Below, one piece after another: positions 20,878 to 35,900 of a stretch of DNA of 64,000 nucleotides. Each line of letters opens with the position of its first letter. The stretch's first letter is position 1. Source of the DNA: Schizochytrium sp. TIO01 (Eukaryota > Protista > Bigyra: Labyrinthulomycetes); contig SMSO01000033.1 in NCBI GenBank assembly GCA_004764695.1, positions 2,480,001 to 2,544,000 on the forward strand, given 5' to 3'. Both the position numbers and the translations under genes were made by a program. The notes beneath the pieces were generated by a model. The model was given only the letters and a program-made list of their open reading frames with translations. It was not told where the DNA came from and did no database searches.

Positions 20878-23800
20878 AAGAAAGAGAGAAAGAAAGAGAG
20901 GAGAAAGTGGGATCTTCAGTTCCAAGCACCGCTGAATTCCCAGGCCCCAATCTTCGCATGGGGGTCCCCGTACACACCTACAAGTCTCAAGTCCGGGGGC
21001 ACCGCGAGGACATGCGAGGATGCGGGCGCTGCGCAGAGTCCCGAATGCCGCGAGGCATCGCGAAGAACCGCGTGGCAAACGCCGAAGCGGGTACCGAAGA
21101 GGCACGAGCCTGAACGTGCTCATTTTGAACAAATGTGTTTCTGATTTAACCACGCAGACCAGCCTTGGTGGATGTTGAGCGGGACCAGCTTCGGCATTGG
21201 ACTCTGAGTGGCCAAAATCCTGTTTTCCCAGTTCAGTTCAACTGCTACTGTTTGTACTAGCCAACCTCCATAGCGCCTCTTGTTCCCAAAACTTATAATG
21301 AGCGCGTGTCACTTTAACTTTATGCCTGTATCACTGCAAAGTAGCCCAACAAACCGCCCGCACAGTAGAGCAAATCTCCCACAAGTGGGTAATGCGGTAA
21401 AAGCCTACTTTAAGGGGATACTCTAAAGTGGAATGTTCACTCGATGCCGCCCCCCCGAGGATCGATTGATTGATTGATTAATTAATTTAACTTATTCATG
21501 ACTGCGCGGGTCGGGGAAGAAGCCTCTGCAGAGGGCTCGGGAGACGGCGGCGGAGGAGGAAGAGCTGCGCAAAAGCCTTACAAAAGCCACCAAAAGCGGC
21601 TCGTGCAGGCGTCAAGAACGTCTACAAATTTGGGCCGCAGCCTACCTGTTTGGCGAGGAAGAGGCCCGTGCCGGCGGCAAATCGATTGAACGATTTGGCT
21701 CACTCATTTTTGATTTCCTCTTACATTTTCTCATAGATTTATTGAACTTTTGTTTACTTTTAATTTAAAAAACGTTTTAATTTTGATTTTAATCAATAAT
21801 TGAATGACTCTAATAGTGCTTTGTTCAATTTTGGTTAGTTGATTAATTCGCTCAATTAATTAAAGAGAAAACTTTGTTTACTTTTGTTTTAGTTTGTTTG
21901 ATTTTCGATTGAAGAGGAAGGGAGAAAGGACGGGCTTGGGGCAGCAAACATCGACCCGGTGTATCACACTGCTTCCCCTGGATCGATGAACAACGGAGTG
22001 ATGAGAAACAAAAGAGACTTAGTAGGTATGCCTAAGTGTTGTTTAGATAGAAAACGTTTAATTTTAGTTTAAATTTTATTTAATTCAAAAAAGAAAAAAA
22101 GAAAAGAAAAAAGAGTTAACGAATGCTCTTTTAAAATTTATGTTTCTGGAATAGTGTCGTTTGCCACAAATGAAAAACCAAGCGCTGAGAAGAACTGATC
22201 GATCAATTGAGAGATTGAAATGGAATCAGTTTGATCAATTGCGAAGTGGCGCAAAGCAGAGGAGCTCCAGTTCCGCTCAAGAACAGGACGTCGAAGCGCC
22301 CATGGATGTATTGTATTCTGTTTCCCCAACTGATAAGCTCGTGTATTCCGAGGTCGAAGTGAGTAAATCCTGAAATCTCAGGGAGGACTTGGATTGCTTA
22401 GCTAAATAGCTTTCTTGAACCTCACATTTCAGCAGCCACGAGAATCAATCAGTGGATCCCGCCCGACATGTGCATTGTTTGTTTGCGGAATGATTCGCAT
22501 TCGGGCATTGCGCCGACCGTCTCCAGCCGCAGCACTCGCACGGAAAAGGCCCGCAAAGTCCTCGCCCACCAGGCCGGCGGGGGCCAACAGCCCGTGCCAA
22601 GTTTGTTTGCCTTTCTTTGTGGGAGGGAGTGAAGAGCTTCGTCTAAAGGCGCTTTTACATCTCTCCATGCGACGATCGAATACGCCCAAAAGTACTGCCG
22701 TCAAAGTACTTCATTCATAACAATCAGGGAGGTGTGTACTTGAGTATAAAGCAGCTGCTGCAGATGGCGCGGTGGTTTGTTGTGACGATGATGGCGTCGA
22801 TGGACAATTCTGAAGAGTCGAAACATACATGACTGAGTTGTCGGTATCTTGGGTGCACTGCTGTTTGATGTTTGGTTAGTTGTATATTTGATGGTTTGAT
22901 TGTTTGTCCATTTGGCTTTTTTGGAGCAGCGACTGATTGCATTGCTTGCAAGCTGTAAGTAAGGATGGAAGTAAGTAAGTAAACGATCTCCAGACCTTGG
23001 ATATTGGTGGTGACCGCAGTGCTCTTCTCTGCGAGGGCCTGTCTTGTGCGGTTCAGCTGCCTCAGTCTTCAGACGTGTGGTTTCCTCATTTCAACTTTCC
23101 GTTTGATGTAAACATTTGGTAGGCAGCGTGCTCGTGTTTCCAAGTGTGCGCTTGGTTAGGGTCTGGATGAAGTCGCTCTCTTGGCCACATTCGTCGTCGT
23201 TGTGGTTGTGGTTGATCTTGTGCAAATGTTGTGCAAAGTTGATAAAATGTTCGGCATCGATTCCAAAGAGGGTCGTCGCCTGTCGGGCAGTTAGTCGGTG
23301 GCCACGCTGCCGGGCAACGGGGGTTGTTTGTTTTCTCAGCAGCAGCAGCGCAGCCCTCTGCAGGGAGTTAGTTCTTCGAACTAGTAGTTGAAAGCAAGCC
23401 AGCCTTGTGCGGGGCCTCCTGCCTGCAGGAGTTGACTTTGCTGTAGTGGCGATGGCTCCGCTTGGCGAGCTTGCAGTCTTACTTCGAGCCGCTCGCTGTC
23501 AAGATTTGCAGCAGAATGACGGGACGTACCTGGCGAGATAGGCCTCCTTGGATGTCTTCAAGTGTGGGGCACCGGGAGAGAACGCTGGAGAACCGAAGAG
23601 ACTGCCTGCCTGCCTGCCTGACTAAAATGTCCAAGGACCCAAGGCTGCATGGAAAATGCACGAGAGGCTGGTGATTGCAGCAAGTTGATTGAAAGCGAAG
23701 AACTTCGCGTAACGGAGGAAATAACGGCAGCTTGAAGCGCAGGCGATGTTTGCGACTTGAAGGCAGCCTCGATGTAGATACTTTGGATGATGTCTAGAGC

Positions 23801-25215
23801 AGACTTGGACGAGCCAGTCAGTCAGCCATGCATGCCAGGACTTTCCATGTGGCCAAGCTTCAAGGCTCAAACATATAGACCGTCTGTACCGCCTACTAGG
23901 CGCTGAGCGCCAAGAAAACTTTAAGAATGGAAACAAGAGCCAAGCCCAGGTAGGCCAGTAAGCCATGCGTAGCTCGTCGTGAGAACACACACACAATGGC
24001 TGGAAAAGCTTACAAGCGTTTAAAAGACACTCTCTGGCATGCTCTTCCCTCTGACCAATGAGAGTATCATCGCACTTCGCTTGCAGGGCATGCAGTAGCT
24101 CAAGACAGGCCTGCAACCTCTTAGTTTTTGTTTCTAAAAATCGGCGTCAACAACATGCCCTTGCAGCGCCAAGCCCAGCTTGAAGACGGCTATAAAAGCC
24201 ATCCCCAACTTCATCACCATCGCCATTGGCCAGCCAAGCCAGCAAGGGAGCGAGCGAGTCTTGGGAGGATAAAACCCAACTTGAAGCAAGCAAGCCCAGG
24301 AATCCACGCAATCCGTCTGCCAGGGGTGCTCGAAAGTCGCCAAATCGGAGACTTCCCACCGTCCAGCTGACCATACTTTCCGCAATGTACAGAGCTCAAG
24401 CCTGTAGTCTTGGCGCTCCGCCACGAGGCTGTCGAAGCAGCGAGCTGTCTCCGGAGAGCGCCACCGCCCTAAACCCAGCGAGGAGGCCACTGGGCTCTCG
24501 CACAGGGACTCGCGTTCGCTGTCCCATGCATGAGAACATTATTTGTTTGGCGACGGACAAAGGGCGCTAGCACCTGCCTAGCGGTATTGCTAGCATGTAT
24601 GGTTTGTTTGTTTGGTTGGTTTCTTTGCAATAGCAGCGCAGGGATGATCATATAGTGAAGGTGCGAGCGTGCGTGGAAAGAAGAGATGGGAAATGGAGAG
24701 GGGTGTGCACACCCAGGAGGGCTTATACAGAGCCTGTGCTGAGTGGAGAAGAGGCTCCAGAGGCCGTCGTGTGATGGTGGGGAGAGCTTTAGGTGGCCAG
24801 GAAAAGTCGGCGTTGTTGATTCCGTTGTGTGTTTTCACTGTCTCTACCTGTTACTTTTCTCTCTTTTCTTTCTTTCTTTCTTTTTTTTATTTCTTTCTTT
24901 TTTTTATTTCTTTCTTTCTTTCTTTCTTTTTTTCTTTTTTATTTCTTTGTCTCTTTTTTATTTTTTTATTGTTTAGTTTCCCCCCCTTTTCGACTTGAAG
25001 AAATGAAGAAAGAAAGAGAAAATTGGTTTTATTTTTGTTATTGTTTTATGCAGTAAAATAAAATTTGTTCGGGTTAGTTTTTAATTTTGATAAAACATTG
25101 GTTATCATTTATTAAAGAATAACCACACTCTGAGGTGGGCTTGAAACGAAGAAAGAAAGAAAGAAAAGAAAAAGAAAGAGAAGAAAAAGCCTAATTTGTG
25201 CAAAGTAGGTACGTA

Positions 25216-25216
25216 C

Positions 25217-25262
<46 letters not shown>
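25216..25262. repeat. (CTA)n microsatellite
   Basis: Seen directly. Confidence 0.9.
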
Positions 25263-27561
25263 CATGAGAACTGCGGTCTTCTCATAGTAGTGGGTAATAA
25301 AATAATTGAAAATAAAATTAAAAATTAAAATGAACCACTGGCATTCTTTCACCTAGGCATCGAGAGAAGTTGCTCAGTTCCGGCTTCAGCGCCTCGAGGC
25401 GGGCGTTCGGCCCTGCACTCTGATGATGTCCTTGAGGCGGTGGCAATTCCGATGTATTTCGTAGCCACGGAATCATCTTCAAGGCTTTGCGAATCGCACG
25501 ACTGCAGGTTCTTGCAATCTCGACTTTGTGAATGAACGCGTTGTTTTGTTTTCTTCACTACGTACGTACCTACTTTTATTATTATTTTATTACTACTATT
25601 ATCATTTACATTTTAATGTTTTCTCAACAAATGAGGGCATTCAATGGGCGATGAACTTCTTCACTCCATAAAGACTGGCTGGACGTGCTGGACGTCGGGA
25701 ATAGTGCGCGGGCGAGGTACAGAGAGAAGAGATCGTCAGCGAGGAGATGGCGTCCATAGCCAACGCCCATGATTTGCTTATTTGTTTGTTTGTTTGTTTG
25801 ATTGATTGATTGATTGATTTGATTGATTTGATTGATGACACAGCGTCGTGGTGGTATTCTTCATGATCCCATCGGCATCATGCATGCCGACTTTTCGGAA
25901 GCGGTGTGTGGTTCCGAAGTTCCCGTTTTCCATCTTGACTGAAAAACTCAGGTTTCAGGAGCAAACTGATGATGTCTTCGAATTGGCTCACTTCACTGTG
26001 AACAACTTCATCATCATTCGTAGAATTAAGTAACATCGCACTCCGTCCAATTCAGTCCAGGTCTAAGGCATAGTTCGAAGTGGCTCGCCGTGCTCCAAAT
26101 AGCTCCAAGCTCCGTCGATGACAGTAGTCCACGAGAAATTGTGGCCACAGCGACGCAATCAATCAATCAGTCAATCAATCAGTCAATCAACGAATGGCCA
26201 CCTTTTCATGGGAGTTATGTTGATTCCATTCAGGCCAAGCCAAGCGAAGCCAAGCCAAGCGAAGCCAAGCGAAGCCAAGCCAAGCCAAGCGAAGCGGTGG
26301 CTGATTTCACTCTGGTCTCTTCGCTTGTTTGCTCTGGCCACATGAAGCGAACGTTTGCAGGCTACGGGTGGTCGATGTGCGGCTGGCGAATGCGATGTGC
26401 AAATTCCAGCTGAAGAACGAACGGCATTGAGCTGCCGGTGCCCACCGGGCAGAGTGGCCTGGCGAGTCGAGCGTATCCACGGGCAGGAGCTAAATTTCCA
26501 TGCACCGAATCTGCCTGGGAGGCTCGAATTTCCAAACACATGCATGCAACCTTGTCAAATAAATGTACATGCATGCGATGCGAAGGCCACAAGAATCGTG
26601 AAGACCTGAAAACCTGAAGGTTTCCGACCATTGAATGGCTGGCGCTCTGCTCCTCGCGCTAGAGGCACGCAAGCCACGTCTTCAAGCTGCTCTGCACGAA
26701 GCCACTGGAAACGACGAGACTCCAGCACGAAGCTGCGACCGTAAGCAACGAAAACGATGGGGATGGTTGGCACCTACGGTGTTGCTGGTGTTCTCGCAAA
26801 GGTTCTCAGGATGACTTGAAGGTTCGACAAGAGACGGCTTCGATTCCAAGGGAGCCTTCGAACGTAGTACATAGTGCAGCGCCTTCTTTATTATTCTATT
26901 ATTATTCTATTCCCACCTAACAAACTTCAAGTGCCGATGGTGTCTCCAAAGCTCATTTCGTCTTCAAGCTTGGACTTCTTCAAGTTCTCGCTTATCTCTC
27001 CGAGCCTTGAGTGGCTTCGGATAACGTCCACTTCCCAGGTCTCTCTTGAAGTCTTAAGGCGCTCCTTTCGGTTGGTTCGGCCTTTCAGGGCACGGATTCG
27101 TCAGGATTTGACGTACTACGTCGTGAGTTTCTTTCATGACTCAGGGCCTCCGTTCGATTGCCCTTCAAGTGATGGTGAATACGCGCGACCCCGTAAGAAG
27201 GCAAGCAAGTGTCTGATCTCACGGACGGAGGTGCGTATGGAGTGGTTCTCAGGCATCTATCTCCTCAATCAAAGTCCCGAAAGCGGTGTCCAAAGAAAGG
27301 AGCCTTCCTATTGCACCTGCAGGTGCCAGGGCACGCTTGCTCGAAGACTCGCTTGAAGATAGATGAAGATGAAGATGAAGCTGGCTTGGATCGATTGGCG
27401 ACCAATGGATTCCGAGATGACGTCAAGATAGATGACTTGCCTGAATTCAAGAATTCAAGATCGCGTGAGCAGTCGGCTGTTGCCAACAATGTCGCCACAC
27501 AAGGACTCGTGACCAGAGGATGTCCACAATGGATTTCTCTGCTCGAGAAGGCTGCGCATTA

Positions 27562-27735
27562 CATTCATTCCATTCATAACATTCATTGCATTCATAACAT
27601 TCATTGCATTCATAACATTCATTGCATTCATTCCATTCATTACATTCATTCCATTCATTACATTCATTCCATTCATTGCATTCATTGCATTCATTACGTT
27701 CATTGCATTCATTGCGTTAATTGCATTCATTGCAT
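27562..27735. repeat. CATT-derived 9/18-bp compound minisatellite (cattcattg / cattcataa / cattcattc)
   Basis: Seen directly. It translates as HNIHCI / NAMNVM repeats. Confidence 0.9.
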
Positions 27736-30700
27736 TAACTCACTCACTCACTCACTCACTGACTAGCCAGCCAGCCACACATAAGAACCCGCACTTGTCT
27801 GAAAAAGCCGTGAGAGTTCTCGTGGACACCCGGCCGCGGCCTTTGTGTAAGTAAGCAAGCAGGCGCGGCCATGCGAACCTGCTCGCGACATGCATGGATG
27901 CATGGTAGCTAGCATCTTCGCGCGTGGAGGAGGGCTGAAGCAGACGTTTGGTTGCGTCTCTTCTTCTCTGCGCCGTGAATTTCAAGCTCCGATGGAACTC
28001 ATTCCTTACTTCTTTGTCTTTGTTTATAGTCTCTTCTCTTTCTTTGTGTGTGTCACGTCTTCTTTTTTCATCAATAATTAAAATTTGATTTTAGAATTCT
28101 TCTTATTTCAAGTTTAGTATTTTTTATTTTTTTTAAAATAACATTATTTAATTCAAATTAAATTTGAAAAAAAGAAAGAAATTTCGAAAGAAAAGCGAAA
28201 TGAATGAATGAATAACAACAAGAAGAAGAAGAAGACATGTCAGTGCAGTGAAGAACTTTTGAGGTTTAGTTACTGTGAAGGATCTGCGATGGGCGGCATG
28301 AAATCATCATCCTACTTCGATTGCCATTTCGATGGTCTTTAAAGTCGATGCGCGTTTCGCTTTGATTCTGATAATGAACGAAGAGCCTCGTTCTTCTTCT
28401 TAGAGAGAGAAAGACTAAAGAGAGAGAGAGAGAGTCTTCGCTGCATCTTGGTACACTGTTAGGTTGGAAATTGCATCTCCCAACTCAGAATGTAATTTCA
28501 TAAAATAGGCATTGAATGAATGAATGAATGAATGAATGAATGAATGAATGCGTGTGTCCGTACCTCCAAAGAAAGAAGAAGAACAAGCGAGTGCTCTTCA
28601 AATGAAACGCGGCACAGATCGTGAAAGTTTGCCTCGAAGCTTCAGTTTCTGGCCCCAGAGGCCATAGGGGATGCTTTGCAGGGAAGAATATGATAATCAA
28701 TTGATATAATGGCAAAGAGGCCATTCGAAAGACTCTTGCAGAGTGCCGGACGCTTCTGCACACGGGTCGTGGTGGTTGATGGTGGGTTGTGGTGGCTGGT
28801 GCGATTCTTATTTTCAAGAGTTGACTTACTTCTCTCTCGCGAAGAGGCACTGCTGACTGAGCAGGAGTAGGTTTCCAAGAACTGCTCCACTGACTTGTAC
28901 TTTGAAGACCTGGTCTCCCTAAGGGGAGGGAGGGAGGGAGGCCAAATTGTGTGACAATGACTGTCTCTGATAGAACTAACTCGAGCGGGAAATGGCTTGG
29001 GATGATGGATGCATTGGGAGAAGAACCAATGCACCGGAATGCCATCCAGAGAGGCGGGCCTCTTCGACGCTGTTTCTATGAAGAAAGAACACTGCCTGCA
29101 AACAAAGACGACAACGCTGGGGTTAATGCGAGGGGCGAGGACAGAGTCCGCCAAACTCAAGATGGGACGCTCGGTAATCGCGTGTCTTAGAGACTAACTT
29201 CGTCGAAGTCGAACCTGAGAAATGATGATGGAGAAAGAGTTTCCAATTCGAAGGACTTGTATCCGTTGTGGTTTGTTTAAGAGAATAGAAATACTCTTTC
29301 TCTCAATATGAACCACTTCCTTGGTAGTTTTCAACTCGGCTATTGCATCTTCGGGTTGAATGGTCTGAGTTAAATGAAGATACATGCCCCCAGACACGAG
29401 GCATATTAAACTTTGAAGTATTGAAAAAGGACAAACGAGCTGTGCCCGAGTTCTTTCATTTCTTGTATATGTAAATATTTACTTAAAAAAAAATTAACAA
29501 AATTATAATTATAAGTTTTACTATAGGTAGATAAATTAAATAGTTTTCTTTCTTTCCTTTCTAAGATCGATGGGGGGGTGCTTCGTACTTGAGGGCTCTC
29601 CCCCTTCTGAATTAAAATATGGGTCATTTTCGAATCATCAGTTAATGCTAGCCGCCTCCCACATGCTGCGTTCAGCCGGTCAAAGAAATCAAATTTAAAC
29701 TAGTTCAGAAAATGCACAAAATACAGAAGATCTAGTAATTTATGTCTTAAGATCTCTCGTTCTCTATGTTTTCCCTGTGCATTTGCTTTTAAATCTGCGG
29801 AGGCCTGGATCATCAGGTTTAATGCTTCTTATCTTCAACAAGACCCATGTTGTATTGCGATATTCTTGAAAGTAAGAGGGATGGGCCCATGCAGAAAAAG
29901 CGAGATTATTAAATTCTATTCCATACGATCATTTCGAGACAAATTATTTCGAAAGATAATACTCCTGTTTCAGACTGCAATGCAACTACCTTGGAGCATG
30001 ATAACCAATTTTTGGTTTTTTGCAAAAGCAGAAATTGAGTAATGAAGCAGAAAATATAATTCTCTCTGCGCAAGTTGCTTGAAACTGGAACTCACTAGTT
30101 GGTGCTTGCCTATTACTGAAACGTAGATAGCTAGATAGCATGTCAATTCCCCTAAAATTATGAAATAGTCTATTCAATTTATCCTCCGTGTGAATACCCA
30201 CCCGAGTATAACCTGAGCCTCCGGACTTGTGAAATTGTATATGCAAAATTTGAAATAACCTAAATACTTAATTCAAAGAAAGAGAGGTATTTGCAAAGAT
30301 CAGATATCCCACAGGACTAACTCCATAGTCCATCAGTAATCTTCACGCACTAGCAATGGAAGCGCCACGCATTGTGCTTTGATAAATTTTGAGAAGATTA
30401 TAAAGGCTCATCATGGACCAATTTGAAAGGGTTCTTGAAAGATCATCACATGATAATCTGGAAAATGTCAACAAGTTAGCAAGCTTCAAGACCCCCACCT
30501 GTGAAACTTCAATTGATACCAGTTATGGCAACCTCAAACCTAATACACAATGCAAACGCATTTCCTGGAAGCGATCGATCAGCCTTAAAGAGGCACGTGT
30601 GGTGTGAATACTGTGCATCGCGTCACAACTGTTTTGTATAATGCCAAATCTACCACACTAACAAAATCTGAACAACGAACCAAATACCTTGTTTGCAGAT

Positions 30701-32439
30701 TTTCAAATACTAAGCCATCCATTGCAGACGTTTTGTTGGTATCAAAACTTAATTCAGAGGGTGAACCGATACAATACTCAATATTTAGGCTTAAAAAATT
30801 TAGGGTCTATTGCATCTGGGAAGCGACTCACCAGCACTTGCGGGCGTGTATTTGCGCAGAATAGCTATTGCGTCTAATCTATACACTATCAAGGAGCAAG
30901 TGATATCAAACCAAGTGCAACAAATATAACTCGTTGTGAAACATAAAGATTTCACGGTTCTATCACATTTTGTTTGTAGGAACGTTTTTACACAAAATAA
31001 ACCCAAAGGATACCCCACTTTGAAGGCTCTATCTTAGGGCTCTACCCGTTAATGTTATTAGTATCCAGATACGTCTACAGTAAGAACTTTCTCGTTAAGG
31101 TCAAAAGATATATTTAAAATAGCGAATTTTGGTTTTTCCATGTATTGAAGCCTACCTTCAGATCAAGATTCACGGGAGCAACGGCGAGCAGCAATGATCA
31201 CATCATGTAGTTTCTCGGATGTTTCAAGGGGTCGAATCACTTGGATGCGCAGAGTAGCAGAGTCACTCTCATTATTCAACATATAGTACTATTTAGGGTG
31301 GAGCAATTTGGCCAACTGGTGATCAAAGATCCCATGATATACATGAAAAAAGAAATCTATTTTCGGGAGGAGCACTCGCACCACGGCCACATTTTCAGTG
31401 AGCAAATTACGCTTTGTCAACATTTTGCACATGTTCTATCTTTTGCTTCTATAGATTGTACAGGAATGACTTTGCAAAAGAAAGAAACTAGGAAGAATCA
31501 AACAAGCAAAAAACAGACGCGCTTTGAGGAGGACATTTGCCGCCATACTTTAATGAGATATAGATTGTTACCTCATGGGAAAGTGAAAACAAGTCACTTA
31601 AAGACTTGGAAAACAATAGAAAGATATTGTTATTATTGATGTGGTGTCTTAGAATTTGCAATTTGAACCCCTCTACCATCAATTCACAGAGTCGCTCTTT
31701 TCAAAATATATGTATATGTAGATACATATTATAGATTCGTTTATTGCCTGGGCCTATTAAATATATGATTGTCTGCTTGCCAATTATTATTATTATTTTA
31801 AATATTACGAGAGCATCTATTTAGGGCTTACAACGGTGCACCAAGTACCCTCGCAGAGTTTTGTCCTCATGAGTCTTCTACTGATGATTCCGGTACCCCA
31901 CATAACGCTGGGAAATGACCATGACTAGCCAGGGTTTCACGTTTAAAAGAAGGCAAGGGGCTTAGTAAATTTTGGCTTTCAGAGTTAGTGTTCTGGAGCC
32001 AACAAAAAATCAAATTTGAGTTGTTGTAGCTAGAATACTAATAAAAGCTTCATCAATTGTATAAACAATTGAGAAAGTTAGATCAACTGGTTTCCTGCTG
32101 AGATCTCCAATCGAAGGAACTAGTTGGCAAGACATTGCTAGAGTTCTTGGCGTCCCATTATGAAACCCCAGTAGACATAGGGTTTACAATAGGGCAAGAA
32201 TAGACAGCCAGGTTTATGTGGCTGCCGGAACCAAGAACTAAAAGCGTGAATACACATAACCTACTTCCAAACATGGTGTAGCTTGAATCGACGGTTGTAG
32301 AAGTTGAATCAACCCATCGATTATCTCTAAAACCTTTCAGGCATGTCTTAATCTCCTTGATTACTACATGAATCCATCTATTCTGGAATTCATTCTCCAG
32401 GACAGTTGTTCGCTAACACTTAAATTAACCTTCTTAAAG

Positions 32440-32910
32440 CCTTCATCAAGCTTCTTGCCTTCATCTTTACAGTCAACCTCAAGCTAATCAGAATCACCTT
32501 TCAGCATTTCCTCAGTCATTCATTAAGACGTTACTATGCTAATTTATTCCTCGTGTAAGTTCACTTATGGTTCTTGACATTCTCGGATTCACAACCATGC
32601 ATCTGGTTGTCTAGTTCTTATCCTGATTAGGTCCATATCCTCTGAGAGAATACAATTGGATGTCAGGAGCTCTAGCGATGTTGTGTTCACATGTGTATTC
32701 AATTGTAGATTTAAGCTCATCAAAAGTAGTACTAAATCTATCCATGCGTTTTTCGCGAAATGTAGCGCTGCAATTCTCTACGATATAGCAGAAAGTAGAC
32801 GGAAGAGGACTAAAGCGACGTAGCAATACTTTATGATCTTGTAAGAGTCTCACCATTCTTCGAGCGAAGGGTGATTTTATTCTCGCAGCGGCCATGACAA
32901 TTATTTCGCA
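32440..32910 (-). pseudogene. Decayed Ser/Thr kinase relic (possibly IRE1-like)
   Basis: Eroded subdomains appear in the correct order: RRMVRLLQDHKVL, CYIVENCSATF (cf. YIAIELCAATL), IEYTCEHNIA, MVVNPRMSR (cf. DFGMSR) and, after a frameshift, *MTEEML (cf. WMAPEML). Stops and frameshifts are present. Confidence 0.35.
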
Positions 32911-35900
32911 TGCATAAATTTCTTATTTCAAATCGCCTAATTTATACCATCAGACGTTAAATGCCGAGCCATTAGAAGACTACAAAATGAAAAAATACGG
33001 TCATCAGTGTAATTGGACAGTGGCTGATATTAAAAGTGCTTCAGCTTTTCTATCTTTGTACCAATCTTGTTGAATCGTGTTGGCAGCCTTGCTTCCTCCA
33101 TAGGAAAGACACGGTCTATAAAGCGCAAAGTTAGAAAGTTTGTTTCGGTTCTGTAGAGTTCGCTCCTCCGCCCTGAGCTAAATTCATGAAGAGCATGCGG
33201 AGAATATTAAAAAACTTGCTTATGCCAGTATCTATGCTGGTGATGCTTATATACCTCTTTGGTACGACCCCGTATTCGAAAGTTTCAGCAAAAGTAGAGC
33301 AATAAGAAGTTTGGATCCGTATAGTGCATTCCTCTGACTTAGAAGATGGGAATGGTGGTATCTTTTGGTATATTTAACACTTCCAAAACCTCCCTCCGTT
33401 CTGATTATAGTAAAAGATACCGTTGAAGTAAACCAACATGCAATATTGTAAAGAGTAGTCTAGTGACGATTTGAGGGGGAGGGGGAGGTGCAAGGCTTGC
33501 GTTTTAAAGTTTGATACCTTTGCACAGCTAATTTAGTACATGGAGGTTTGCAAAGTTCAGGCGCAAAGAACGGACTCGGAGAAACCTCTTTCAGTCCCAT
33601 CTTGGGACCGATAAAATGACAATGTCAAAGTGACCCTAGTCATGCTCTTCCCTACAATTTCCCATGATAAAAGACATCTAAAGTGCGCAAAAGACATCAA
33701 AAGGTAGTATCTAGCGACTTTGTCAGATGCGCGAAAGTGGCAAGTTGTTGATGCCCGTCAGCCATCAAGGCTTAATCTGATGGGCACTCAGAGTCTGATA
33801 TGGTATGATGCCTCGTTCTTTCGTCTTTTACTTTCTGAATAGTCATGCTTGACTTTTGTTGATCACAAAGCTTATTTGCGCCGTTCCAAGATTTTTGTTT
33901 TGTTTTTGAAAAAGGGTATGTTATGACTTAATTCTTTTTTAGTAAAGCTGCTACGTTTTCCAGACTTCACAGGCAATTCAATTCAAAGTGGTACAGAACT
34001 ATTTGTTTGTCCCTCTTGAAGGCTAGAGTGTTGTAATGATCATATAGGAATTGCCCCAGGACAAATATTTCAAAGATAACTTAGCCGCATGAGCCATTTG
34101 CACGACATTGCAGTGATAATCATTTGACGGAGTGCCAAGGTTCGATTGTGCCCTGTTTGCGAGGTGACGGGTTTTAAATAAAAGAAACGAAGCCGATTAA
34201 GATCTCAAACTTTGCGTTTCTGTACTACTTAGTAAAAGGTAGTAGGTAATAGAAATATTTTATATGTGCCACTTCATCGGGGAAATAGAGAATAAGGAAA
34301 AGAAAATACACTCTCTAGGACTGAAGCTTTGGTGAAGAACCGAATTGTTTTCTTCCTTTTAAAGTCTGCCATTGATCCCGAGAAAATAATTCGAGCTGCA
34401 CTCCCAGTCACAGAATAACAAGAACAAAAACAAGAACAAAACACAACAGTGGCCTGGTTCGTCGATTTGCAGCACAATTCTTCGGAGTCTCATGATACAG
34501 CGATGAAAATCATCAGCATGGGTACCTCCCATTTTGTACAGGTTACCAGGCCTAAAAATTCAACTGTACATCACACAGGCAATTTTTTATTCTTATGGCC
34601 TATTAATTATTCTTTTCGCACACCCTACAGAAGCTTATTCTTCGCTGAAGATCTGAGTCTCTTGACGTTCTCATTCTCGAGATCTCGGACTTAGTGATAT
34701 AATCCCCGTCACTTGATACCTCGTGCCAGCAATGCACGCTATCAATATCACAATCGATATTCTCCAAAACTCTTTGGTTCACTAACACCAAAGTATTAAG
34801 CTGATTATTCACAAGTCGCACTTTTCAAAGTGACTCACCATCTGCAACAGCACCTGCAACACGTGAGGTCTTTGAGCTAGCTAGTCCAGGTGCTGCTCAC
34901 GTGTCTCTACCAAATAAAACCCAACACACACATGCAAACAAAGACCATCTCAAGAGCGAATCTTTTGCTAGCAAATCATCCGTCTGCAACTCGAAGCTCT
35001 CCGCGCATAATAAATCATCGATCTCGCTCTGAATGCGCGCCAAAATCCCAAGCTATGTCTGACACTAATAAGGCCAAACAAAAAAGCTTTCAGCATGAAA
35101 TCCCAGGACATCTCCAGCCCTCGCTTGCAATCTCAGCAAGGCGTCGAGGGCGTCGCGTGATGCAGTGCAATCGAATCTCAATTCCCCAACGCATGCACTT
35201 CAACAACTACTCCATTCTCGCAGATCGCTCGAGCTTTATCCACCAGGCCTACATATCCGCAATCAATTCCTTCTAATGAAGACGCGCTCGGGGATTCGGA
35301 GTGTTTTCGGGTTCTCGCTGTGCCCAGTCACTCCTCATCGAGTGCCGTCGGGGAAACGAGCGCCCCTAAGTTTCGCCGACGCTCTTGGATCTGGATATTG
35401 AGGGGAAGCGTGAATTTTGCCGTCTCAACTAATGATCTCTAACTAATCGCTCGTTTTTCTTACAAGGAGAGGCGGCTTTTTGGTTGGTCTTTGAAGGCTG
35501 TTTTTGTGGTGCGCTAAGAATTGGAATCCGCGGCGCCCGAAGAAAGACCGTCGCCGCCGCGCTGCCAGGCGTGGAGAAGCTCGGGCCGGCTCGGCTCGGG
35601 GAGGGAGCGGCGTCGGGCGGCGCGGAGAGCACACTCACTCCGGCCGGCGGGTCTTCGTCCGCTCCTGGCCACGGCAGGACTGACGTCGAGGTATCTTGGA
35701 ATTCACGCTCATTCTATCTTATTTATTTTGGTTTTGGTTTTAGTTTTAGTTTTCGTTTTCTTTGTTTCTTTAGAAAAAAGAAAAAAAAAAGAGGATTGAA
35801 AGAGTTTCTAAAGTTTTGTAGTTTTGCTTTCCATCCGCAATTTCATGTCTTCGAATGAAGCGATCATTCGATGATGCCGGTCATTGCTGCTCTCGACAGC

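Noticed and set aside
27209-27766. His/Cys-rich metal-binding protein (HNIHCI repeats)
   Set aside because: The repeat derives from the CATT microsatellite common in this window, and the rest of the ORF has no recognisable domain.
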